Virus record (IMG/VR): IMGVR_UViG_3300045996_000494
Location: 1-63,414 of that record
DNA length: 63,414 nucleotides
From: a virus
Taxonomy: Duplodnaviria; Caudoviricetes
Strand: one strand, 5' to 3'
This document shows positions 1 through 7,781 of the stretch, one piece after another. A model generated the notes under the pieces. It saw nothing but the letters and a program-made list of their open reading frames with translations, was not told where the DNA came from and searched no databases. Numbering within the stretch: position 1 is the first letter of the stretch; each line of letters starts with the position of its first letter. The translations under genes were made by a program, and so were the position numbers.

Positions 1-127
1 CTGGAGACGTTCGAGCAAGCCAACGCCCGCATCCGGCGCGTGGGCCAGAGCCACAAGCAGCAGATCATCATGTTCCAGTCGAGCGCCATTGAGCGCCGCA
101 TGTACTCCCGCCTGCGGGCGAAGAAGC
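1..127. repeat. Terminal direct repeat (assembly overlap), identical to 63288-63414
   Basis: First 127 nt match the last 127 nt exactly and the helicase frame runs across the join; 127 is a common assembler k-mer size. Confidence 0.97.
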
Positions 128-180
128 AGGTGCAGGAGAACATCTTGGAGCTGTTCGCAGACGCAACGGAGGAAGGCTGA
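1..180 (+). CDS. SNF2-like helicase, C-terminal part (continues 61911-63414)
   Basis: Frame 1 reads LETFEQANARIRRVGQ... (motif VI) to TGA at 178-180, in frame with the ATG at 61911 across the junction. Confidence 0.92.
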   Translation: METFEQANARIRRVGQSHKQQIIMFQSSAIERRMYSRLRAKKQVQENILELFADATEEG

Positions 181-364
181 TGACGTACGTGATCCTGATC
201 TATGTCGCCATGCTGGCTAACCAGCCAATCGCGGTGCCCGGCGGTGTGTGGAGGGGCATCGACGGAGCCGAGCAATGCCGGATCGAGGCGCGCATTCGCA
301 ACACACGAGAGCGGGGTTGGCACTGCATTGAGATAGCAGAATGACCTAACCCTAGGGGGTAACC

Positions 365-706
365 ATGCTGAAAGTGATTAACGGCGTCGCTCGCAAGAGT
401 GCCGAGTTCGAGAAGCGCCGTGTGTCGTTCGTGTGCATCGCGCCGCAAAGCGTGCAGATCATAAGCGGACAGATGATGGTGAAGCGCCGGGAAACGCCCG
501 GCGCAATGCCGCCCGAGTTCTACGGGCCGATCATGGCTGCGTGGGAGAACGTCCGCACCGCGTACCCGGAGGCAACCGCCGATCTCAAGGTGATAGGTGC
601 CTTGATCGCTGTGCCCGAAGGTTCGTTCCGTGGTCACATCGACTGGGTGAGAGACAGCGCCCCGAAGGTGATCGAGCATCAACCCAGTAACGAAGATGGA
701 GCCTAA
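365..706 (+). CDS. Hypothetical protein
   Basis: 113 aa ORF with a 16-bp motif just before its start and another overlapping its stop. Confidence 0.75.
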   Translation: MLKVINGVARKSAEFEKRRVSFVCIAPQSVQIISGQMMVKRRETPGAMPPEFYGPIMAAWENVRTAYPEATADLKVIGALIAVPEGSFRGHIDWVRDSAPKVIEHQPSNEDGA

Positions 707-721
707 CCCCAGGAGGTAAAC

Positions 722-1138
722 GTGACGCAAAACACCTCACCCCAGGTGAACTTCGAGAAGATGATCGGTGCTTATATCACGCTGCGGGACTGGCTCGACG
801 CCAAGAAGAAAGCGTACGAGGAAGAGATCGAGCCACGCAAGCAGCAGCTCGAAGCGCTGAACGAGTTGTTGTTGAAGAAGCTCAACGTCACTGGTCAAAA
901 CACTGCGCGTACCGAAGCCGGCACTGCCTATAAGAAGGTCTGGCACTCGGCTACCGTCGCCGACAAGGATGCCTTCATGCGTCACGTGATCGGCACGCAG
1001 GACTGGGACTTGATCGACTGGCGGGCGAACAAGACCGCCGTCGTGGACTGCGTGAAGGAAAACCAAGAACCCCCGCCGGGCATCAACTACTCGTCGGGCT
1101 ATGATGTGGGCGTGCGTCGCCCCGGAAAGGACGACTGA
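722..1138 (+). CDS. Conserved phage replication-region protein (coiled-coil N-terminus)
   Basis: AGGAGG RBS inside the motif, GTG start, coupled to the next ORF; typical position before SSB-like genes. Confidence 0.8.
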   Translation: MTQNTSPQVNFEKMIGAYITLRDWLDAKKKAYEEEIEPRKQQLEALNELLLKKLNVTGQNTARTEAGTAYKKVWHSATVADKDAFMRHVIGTQDWDLIDWRANKTAVVDCVKENQEPPPGINYSSGYDVGVRRPGKDD

Positions 1139-2421
1139 TGACACCGACTACCTCTCAACAGGCACTCGCAGTGCTGGCTCAGCAGCGGCTGGGTCAGCTC
1201 CCCGCCGTGTTCCGAGATCGTCTCGGGCAGGGCAAGCTCAACGAGGACATGGCGTCTGGCATCACTGCCGGCTTCGCCATCCTGTCGTTCCGCGGCAAGG
1301 CGTGGCGCGTCAAGCACCGCGGCGAAGAGCGCGTCATGCTCAAGCCCGACAACTCGCCAGTCTACAAAATCGAGGTGGTGATCGTTCGCACCTCCCCGAA
1401 CCTCTCGAAGGTGTGGTACGAGCACGGTTACGTGGAGGGCTCGACAGCGCCGCCGGATTGCTGGTCGGTCGACGGCAAGAAGCCGGACCCTGCCTCGCCC
1501 AAGCTGCAGAACCCCACCTGCGCCGGCTGCAAGTGGAACGCTTGGGGCTCCTCGCGCTCGCAAGCGGGAAGCGGCAAGGGTAAGGACTGTGCCGACAGCA
1601 AGCGCCTCGCCATTGTGCCGCTGCAGGACATCGACAACGAAATCCACGGCGGGCCAATGATGCTGCGCGTGCCGCCGGCCTCGCTTGCGGACTTGCTCGG
1701 CTATGCCAACTCGCTGGAGCAGATCGGCTACCCCTACTACGCGGTTGGGACGGCAATCAGCTTCGACGTGAACGCGGAGTACCCGAAGCTCATCTTCGAG
1801 CCGCTCCGTGCGCTCACCGAGGAGGAAGCGGAGAAGGTCGCTAAGCTGCAGGGAAGCGACATCGTGGATCGCATCATCTCGGCGGCGGTCGAGGCGGTGA
1901 CGACTGACGGCACGGACACCACCCACATTCAGCCCGTGCCGGCTGGGGCCACAGTTCCGCTAGTGTTGCCCCCAGATAAGCCGAAACCAGAACCGGCAGC
2001 GGCGCAGCCTACCCCGCAGGGTAACGATATGCGGGCGCAGATGCGGGCCATGGGGCTCAGCGAGCAGCAGATCATCGCGGCGCTCGGACCGGAGCCCAAG
2101 CCTGAACCACCGGCCGATCCGCGGATTGCACAGCTCAAGGCAATGGGGTTCGACGATGCGAAGATCGCGCAAATCCTTGGCGCACCGGCCGAGCCAGTTC
2201 CTGCGCCCGCTCCCGCGCCGGCCCCGGCCCCAACTCCGCAGCCCCGAACCAGACAAGGACGCAAGCCCAAAGAGGCCGCTAACGGGGCTCAGGAGCCTCC
2301 TGCAGCGCCTCCGGCGCCGGCTACCCCTGTGACGCCCGCCCCTGCGCCGCAGGCCGCTGGCGAGCTTCCGGCTGGCTTTGACGACCTACTTGACGGTATC
2401 ATGGCTGAGACGAAGCAATAA
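1138..2421 (+). CDS. Putative ssDNA-binding/recombination protein with Cys cluster and acidic tail
   Basis: PPDCWSVDG..CAGC..GKDC pattern, Pro/Ala linker, acidic C-terminus FDDLLDG; sits between helicase and primase. Confidence 0.6.
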   Translation: MTPTTSQQALAVLAQQRLGQLPAVFRDRLGQGKLNEDMASGITAGFAILSFRGKAWRVKHRGEERVMLKPDNSPVYKIEVVIVRTSPNLSKVWYEHGYVEGSTAPPDCWSVDGKKPDPASPKLQNPTCAGCKWNAWGSSRSQAGSGKGKDCADSKRLAIVPLQDIDNEIHGGPMMLRVPPASLADLLGYANSLEQIGYPYYAVGTAISFDVNAEYPKLIFEPLRALTEEEAEKVAKLQGSDIVDRIISAAVEAVTTDGTDTTHIQPVPAGATVPLVLPPDKPKPEPAAAQPTPQGNDMRAQMRAMGLSEQQIIAALGPEPKPEPPADPRIAQLKAMGFDDAKIAQILGAPAEPVPAPAPAPAPAPTPQPRTRQGRKPKEAANGAQEPPAAPPAPATPVTPAPAPQAAGELPAGFDDLLDGIMAETKQ

Positions 2422-2428
2422 CAACGAG

Positions 2429-2450
2429 AGGGCGGGGGTCTCCCCGCCCT
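2429..2450 (+). terminator. GC-rich hairpin, possible weak terminator
   Basis: AGGGCGGGG-gtct-CCCCGCCCT with a poor U-tract. Confidence 0.45.
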
Positions 2451-2471
2451 TCCTCACCCCGAGGAAACGAC

Positions 2472-5396
2472 ATGGACAACCTGCGGCTCTTCTTGTCCCG
2501 CATCCTGCCGTGGCCGCTCGACGGTAGCTACGTGAACATTCACTGGACCTTCCAAGGCGCTGGCTTCGACAGGCCGGCGTGGTCCGGCCGCGCGTGCACC
2601 ACCGTGGACGAGTGCGTCCGCACCGTAGAGTGGGTGCAGCGCATGCCCGACACTAGGGACTTCTACGTCTGTGTCTCGACGCAGAGCGCGTGCATTGAGG
2701 AGGTGGCGAAGAAGAGCGGCCGCACCGTGCGCAAGGCGGTGCGCAGCCAGCAGAACGCGACCGGCGTGCGCTCCCTGTTCATCGACGTGGACGTGAAGGG
2801 CGGCAAGCACAAGACCGGCTATGAGGACGGTGCCGAGGCTGGCCGTGCCGTCGTCAAGTTCTGCGTCGACGCCGGCATCCCGCGGCCGACGTTGTTCGTC
2901 TCGACTGGCTCCGGCGGCTTGCACCTCTACTGGACCCTGGAGCGCGCTCTGCCGGTGCCCGAGTGGCAACCCCTTGCGAACGCCCTGGCTGAGGCTACGC
3001 GGCGTTTCGGGCTCCAGGCCGACACGGGAGTGACCGTGGACGCGGCGCGCGTCATGCGCCTCCCTGAGACCAAACACAGCCACACCGGCAAGCTGGCGAC
3101 CATGTCCGTGCCGCACATGCTGCAGCACGACTACACCGTCGACCAGATGCGCAGCGCGCTCGCTCCGTACATGGGCGCGCAAGTCATCCCTCTCACCCCC
3201 CGAGGTAACAACGCGCCAACCGGAGCTAACGCTGATCTCGCCGGAGGCATCGAAACGCCAAAGGCCCCACCTGTAGCTGCACGCTCGATGGCTGACGCAG
3301 GATGCGGCTTCGTACGACGTGCGCTTGATACCGGCGGCGCCGACTATGCCAACCCCCTTTGGAACCTTACGACACTCGTTGCCACCTTTACCGAAGGTGG
3401 ACGGGCTGACGCTCACGCGATGGCTAAGGGGCACCCCACCTATGTCCCGCAAGAAACGGACGACCTCTACGACCGCAAGCTCAGGGAGCGGGACGAGAAA
3501 AACCTCGGCTGGCCCTCCTGTCAGTCGGTGGAGAATGCGGGCTGCGTTGAATGCCGGACTTGCCCTCTCAAAGGCCCAGGTACACGACCCCTACAGTTCG
3601 GACGACCTACCCCGGCCGTTCCCCTGGCACCCATGGCCGGTGCCGGAGCAGGAGGATCAGGACAGGGACTAGAGCTGCCGCCGCGTTACGTCCGCAGCCC
3701 GAGCGGCTTGGTCCAGCACATTGTCATCAACCCTAAGACGGGAGCGAGCAGCCTAGTCGATGTCGTCGGGTGTCCGATTGAGAACGGGTGGATGCAGGAC
3801 AACCCGTGGACGATCCACTTCACCGCTACGGTCGGGCACCGCAAGACGCAAGTTAGCGTCACCACGGCGCAGGCCAATTCGAGCGAGGGCTTCGCGAAAG
3901 AGATGGGCCACTACGGCATCCCGCTCAACGGCGACACCTCGAAGCTATTCAGGGAGTTCATCGTGGCTTGGCAGACCAAACTCCAACAGATCAAGGATGC
4001 GGTTGTGTCATCGGCACCGTTCGGTTGGTCAGAACCGGCGGGTGAAATCAACGGCTTCGCCTACGGTGGACGCGTGTGGCAGAAGAACGGAGACAAGCCA
4101 GCGTCCAACCCCGACCCCGAGGTGATCAAGCAGTTTACCCCCCAGGGTGACCTAGAGGTTTGGCGCGAGGCGGCGAGGATGATCACCGACTTACGGACGC
4201 CAGAGCGTGATGCGTTCCTAGCCGCGTCGTTCGGCGCCCCGCTGGTCCGGCTGATCGGACTGCGCGGCCTCCTGATCGCAGCTTTCTCCACAGACAGCGG
4301 CGCGTTCAAGTCCACGTCAATGGCAGTGGCGCAGGCGATATGGGGCAACCCGCAGACCGCGATGCAGCAGCTCGACGACACGCAGAATGGCGTGTTCAAG
4401 AAGCTCGGACAGCTGCAGGCGCTACCTATGCTGTGGGACGAGCTGCAGTCCAACGAGGACACACAGAAGTTCGTCAATCTGACCTTCCGCATGAGCGGCG
4501 GCAAAGAGAAAACGCGCATGTCGTCGGACACATCGTTGAGACAGTCCGGCCTGTGGCAGACCCTCTTGATGTCAGCGTCGAACGTGTCAGTGCTCGACTA
4601 CATCGCCCGCGCCAACAAGACTACGACCGCCGGCATCTACCGTGTGTTCGAGTACGAGATGCAGCCGATCCCCTCTACGAAGAGCATGGTCGCTGCCCAG
4701 CAGCAGGTAGCCAAACTCAATAGTCACTTCGGTCAAGCTGGACTGGTCTACGCAAAGTTCTTAGGCTCGAACTACGACACCATCGAGAAGGATGTCACCG
4801 CCCTCTTCGACAAGCTGGAGAACAAGCTCAACATCCGCAAGGAAGAACGGTTCTGGGTGGGCAGCATCGTGGCTCTCTATTGGGGTGCGGTCTATGCCAA
4901 CCGGTTGGAGCTAACCGATATAGACTTGCCGGCCCTGCTTAAGTTCTTGATCGCTACACTACAACGCATGCGCGGCGAAGTATCGCAGAAGCCTGTCAAC
5001 ATGACCGGTACCTCCGCTATCGGCAGCGTGGTGATGCAGTTTCTACGTGAGCGGCAGACCAAACACATGCTCCGCACCAACAAGATGCACACCCAGCGGG
5101 GTAAGCCGCCAGCCAACTCGATCAAGGTGACAGGCGACACGTCGAAGCTCGACGGCATCCAGATACACTTCGCCGACGAGAGCAAGCTCATGCGGGTAGC
5201 GTCGTCGCCGTTCCGCGACTGGGCGCACGAGAACAGCTACAGCCCGCACACGTTGATTGGCGCGCTGAAGCGCGAGTTCGGCGTGAAGGAAATCCAGGGG
5301 CGGCTAGGCGGCGGGACGCCTTACGTCAGCATGGTGGAGTACGTGTTGGAGTTCGACCTGAACAACCCAGCGCTGGCTGCCATACTGGAGTACTGA
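2472..5396 (+). CDS. Primase (AEP/RepB-like) fused to a DUF927-type helicase-like domain
   Basis: LFIDVD and STGSGGLHLYW primase motifs, RVMRLPET, Cys cluster CVECRTC, P-loop-like SGAFKST and LWDE. Confidence 0.85.
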   Translation: MDNLRLFLSRILPWPLDGSYVNIHWTFQGAGFDRPAWSGRACTTVDECVRTVEWVQRMPDTRDFYVCVSTQSACIEEVAKKSGRTVRKAVRSQQNATGVRSLFIDVDVKGGKHKTGYEDGAEAGRAVVKFCVDAGIPRPTLFVSTGSGGLHLYWTLERALPVPEWQPLANALAEATRRFGLQADTGVTVDAARVMRLPETKHSHTGKLATMSVPHMLQHDYTVDQMRSALAPYMGAQVIPLTPRGNNAPTGANADLAGGIETPKAPPVAARSMADAGCGFVRRALDTGGADYANPLWNLTTLVATFTEGGRADAHAMAKGHPTYVPQETDDLYDRKLRERDEKNLGWPSCQSVENAGCVECRTCPLKGPGTRPLQFGRPTPAVPLAPMAGAGAGGSGQGLELPPRYVRSPSGLVQHIVINPKTGASSLVDVVGCPIENGWMQDNPWTIHFTATVGHRKTQVSVTTAQANSSEGFAKEMGHYGIPLNGDTSKLFREFIVAWQTKLQQIKDAVVSSAPFGWSEPAGEINGFAYGGRVWQKNGDKPASNPDPEVIKQFTPQGDLEVWREAARMITDLRTPERDAFLAASFGAPLVRLIGLRGLLIAAFSTDSGAFKSTSMAVAQAIWGNPQTAMQQLDDTQNGVFKKLGQLQALPMLWDELQSNEDTQKFVNLTFRMSGGKEKTRMSSDTSLRQSGLWQTLLMSASNVSVLDYIARANKTTTAGIYRVFEYEMQPIPSTKSMVAAQQQVAKLNSHFGQAGLVYAKFLGSNYDTIEKDVTALFDKLENKLNIRKEERFWVGSIVALYWGAVYANRLELTDIDLPALLKFLIATLQRMRGEVSQKPVNMTGTSAIGSVVMQFLRERQTKHMLRTNKMHTQRGKPPANSIKVTGDTSKLDGIQIHFADESKLMRVASSPFRDWAHENSYSPHTLIGALKREFGVKEIQGRLGGGTPYVSMVEYVLEFDLNNPALAAILEY

Positions 5397-5397
5397 G

Positions 5398-5517
5398 ATG
5401 AAGGTCCAGCCGATCTTTGCGTGGTACGACCTGTGGGTGGGGGCGTTCTGGGATCGCTAGAAGCGCAAGCTCTACATCCTACCCCTGCCATGCATAGGCG
5501 TTGTGATCTCGTTCTGA
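5398..5517 (+). pseudogene. Small phage protein interrupted by an in-frame TAG
   Basis: MKVQPIFAWYDLWVGAFWDR*KRKLYILPLPCIGVVISF*; TAG at 5458-5460. Confidence 0.55.
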
Positions 5518-5570
5518 TAAGCTGGCTTCGTAGAGTTGCGTATGCGTACCCTCAACTGATGGAGTGTGAA

Positions 5571-5807
5571 ATGAGACTGCTCTTAGTGTGCATGTTTGTG
5601 ATGGCCTCGTCTGCGGTCTATGCGCAGGGCCATCTTCCCGAGGACTGCGACAAGGTTCGCGGCGAGATCATTTGCGTCGATCCCGTTGGGAACTCGGAGA
5701 ACTCTGACGGCCAGAGCCAGGAGGTTGACACGACCTCTCGCGGCAACTTGACCAACAAGCAGGAATGTTCCGGCCCTGGCAGCGGCAGCTCCAGCGCTGG
5801 CTGCTGA
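5571..5807 (+). CDS. Small secreted Cys-containing protein
   Basis: GGAG RBS, signal peptide MRLLLVCMFVMASSAVYA, four Cys in the mature part. Confidence 0.7.
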   Translation: MRLLLVCMFVMASSAVYAQGHLPEDCDKVRGEIICVDPVGNSENSDGQSQEVDTTSRGNLTNKQECSGPGSGSSSAGC

Positions 5808-5827
5808 AGCCAGCACAAAATGACTTC

Positions 5828-5855
5828 AACCCCGGCCTAACCGCCGGGGTTTTTT
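5828..5855 (+). terminator. Rho-independent terminator ending the replication arm
   Basis: AACCCCGGC-ctaacc-GCCGGGGTT followed by a T-run. Confidence 0.85.
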
Positions 5856-5963
5856 AATGCTAAGCTACTTACCCTGTGGGGGTAAGTCGTGTGGCCGAAG
5901 ATCAGGATGTCGCGCTCTACCTGCAGCTCGTGCGCGACATCATCGAGTCAGAGAAGCAGACCC

Positions 5964-6203
5964 TCAGCGCCATCCGCGGTTCGCAGACTTGGAGCGGATG
6001 CGTAGGTTCTTTGATCCATTGCCACCGCCATGGGCTAGGCGCTTTTTGTGGTCAACGTCTTTGCCCGCCACCGCCGACTTACCCTGTCGCTTTACAACCT
6101 CGGCCCGCGCCGCGTTGCGCTGCGCTCGCTTCTTGATCTGTTCGGGCGTGCCCTGGTAGTCGCGGTAGTGGCGAGCGTAATCTTCCTTCGTGGTGCGCCC
6201 CAT
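5964..6203 (-). CDS. Small HNH-endonuclease-like protein
   Basis: KDVDHKK..GG.N...NLR......NR pattern. Confidence 0.7.
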   Translation of the reverse strand: MGRTTKEDYARHYRDYQGTPEQIKKRAQRNAARAEVVKRQGKSAVAGKDVDHKKRLAHGGGNGSKNLRIRSKSANRGWR

Positions 6204-6268
6204 ATCTACTCCTCCTCACCATTCCAAGGGTCGAGCCCAACGTCAATGAAGGTGTTCGGTCCCATTGA

Positions 6269-6478
6269 TCAGTCCTCCGGTTTATTGCGCTCGCGGAAGC
6301 ATCCTGCGAGCCCATAGAAGAGGGCCACGGTGAGCGTGCCGAGACCTAAGCCGCTGGCGATGTCGAACCATCGATCCCGGCTGACCGGCCACACCAGCCA
6401 GACGGCAACGCCGACAAACGTGACTCCTATGGCGGTGAGGATAATGCTTAGTGAGTGATCGCGCCAGAGCCGTTTCAC
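6269..6478 (-). CDS. Two-TM membrane protein
   Basis: GTG start overlapping an upstream stop; two hydrophobic segments. Confidence 0.6.
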   Translation of the reverse strand: MKRLWRDHSLSIILTAIGVTFVGVAVWLVWPVSRDRWFDIASGLGLGTLTVALFYGLAGCFRERNKPED

Positions 6479-6568
6479 CGGTAGATCACCCACGTCATGG
6501 CGAGCACCAACACGCAGAGCGCCAGCAGCCACGGCAACCCCCACCAGCTCTCGTTCACCAGCACCCCC

Positions 6569-6811
6569 CTAGTCATGCTTCCACCCTCCACAGTGAGCTA
6601 CTTCGTGGGCCACCGTATCCTCGCGCTCGTACTCCCGCGCGACGATCACTAGGCACTTTCGTCCAGTCCTATACGCGCAGCCTCGGGTCAGTACTCCGCG
6701 AATGTCGGCTTGGCAGATCACCTGCACCTGCGCGGACGGCAAGCGCTTCACGGTAGTCTGCCCGCGCCAGCGCTGAACGTACTCAGCCGGAGGCGGTCCC
6801 CAATCCATCAT
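6569..6811 (-). CDS. Small HExxH-motif protein
   Basis: AHEVAHCGGWKH at the C-terminus. Confidence 0.6.
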   Translation of the reverse strand: MMDWGPPPAEYVQRWRGQTTVKRLPSAQVQVICQADIRGVLTRGCAYRTGRKCLVIVAREYEREDTVAHEVAHCGGWKHD

Positions 6812-7272
6812 CCTTGCTCAACCCACCCGTCGTTCCTTTGGTGGCGCGTTGAAAGGTGTGTGACTGCCGGCCGGTGGGGGTGTGGCTCCAGCCCCTTCGC
6901 TCGCGCAGCGAACCATAGTCGTTGATCGAGCGTGTTCCAATGCGCTGGCTGGCTCCAGATGCAGGGCGTAGCGTCCATCAGGTCGGGCGTGATCTTAGTG
7001 CAGCCGAAGCCGTGGTAGATGCCTATCCCCCCATGGAGCTTGTAGGAGTAGGCGCCCCACGCGCAAGAGCACGCGAACAGCTCCTCGATAGCGCCCGGCC
7101 ACGGGATGATGTCGTGCTCGACGATGACGAACGGCTCGCCCTCTTGCCACAGCCGGTGCATGAGCTGGCGGTAGGCGTCGTCCCCGACGAGATGCACGTA
7201 CTCGGGGTCGTATGGCTCGGTGACCTGTAGCGTGACAGGGTGCAGCTCAACGTATGGGACGACGACCTTCAT
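6808..7272 (-). CDS. Minimal glycosyltransferase-like (GT-A) protein
   Basis: VVVPY start, IVEHDII (DxD-like) and GFGC motif; a 16-bp motif sits just before the ATG. Confidence 0.55.
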   Translation of the reverse strand: MKVVVPYVELHPVTLQVTEPYDPEYVHLVGDDAYRQLMHRLWQEGEPFVIVEHDIIPWPGAIEELFACSCAWGAYSYKLHGGIGIYHGFGCTKITPDLMDATPCIWSQPAHWNTLDQRLWFAARAKGLEPHPHRPAVTHLSTRHQRNDGWVEQG

Positions 7273-7286
7273 GTTACCCCACGAGG

Positions 7287-7430
7287 TTACTTTTTCTTTT
7301 TGCCCTTGCGCTTGTCGGCCTCGTGGAACTCCTTCGCCACCGACCGGTCCATGCCGACCTTCTTGGCGAAGGATGGAGAGTTAGCCGCGGCGGCCATGAA
7401 CTTCTTCTGCTTCTTAGACTTGCTTGGCAT
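7287..7430 (-). CDS. Small basic conserved phage protein
   Basis: MPSKSKKQKKFMAAAANSPSFAKKVGMDRSVAKEF...; below the ORF-track cutoff; its stop is the TAA of the motif. Confidence 0.7.
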   Translation of the reverse strand: MPSKSKKQKKFMAAAANSPSFAKKVGMDRSVAKEFHEADKRKGKKKK

Positions 7431-7635
7431 TGGGGCCTCCGGTGGCGGCCTTCACCGCCCACATCGCGCCTTCCTCAAACGCCGTCTGCGCCAGGGCAGC
7501 TAGACGAGGATCGTTGCCCTTGAGCTTTTCGCACATGTCGATCAGCTCTGCAGCCTTCTGCTTCAGCTGGTCAACGTCGCTGTTGGCTGATGGATTGAAC
7601 GACACTCGCACTCTCTGTTCGCCTAAAGTTGCCAT
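7414..7635 (-). CDS. Acb2/Tad1-like helical-hairpin protein, putative signalling-nucleotide sponge
   Basis: FNPS...VDQLKQKAAELID...RLAALAQTAFEEGAMWAVKAAT resembles the Acb2/Tad1 hairpin family (recognised from memory). Confidence 0.6.
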   Translation of the reverse strand: MATLGEQRVRVSFNPSANSDVDQLKQKAAELIDMCEKLKGNDPRLAALAQTAFEEGAMWAVKAATGGPNAKQV

Positions 7636-7636
7636 G

Positions 7637-7780
7637 TCACACTCCTCTAAGCAGCACGATGATCAGGATGATCACGAGTACTAGGCCGATGCCACCGCCC
7701 CAGCGTGCGCCGCCCCAGTGGTAGCCCCCGAAGCCGCCGACGAGAAGCAGCACGATGAGGATCACAATGATCGGGTCCAT
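7637..7780 (-). CDS. DUF3309-like small membrane protein
   Basis: IIVILIVLLLVGG...GGGIGLVLVIILIIVLL, with a GGAG RBS. Confidence 0.7.
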   Translation of the reverse strand: MDPIIVILIVLLLVGGFGGYHWGGARWGGGIGLVLVIILIIVLLRGV

Positions 7781-7781
7781 G

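Noticed and set aside
5458-5460. Genome-wide TAG recoding
   Set aside because: Several genes end normally at TAG (e.g. 18035, 48462, 52567, 55049), long genes are not fragmented, and no suppressor tRNA was seen
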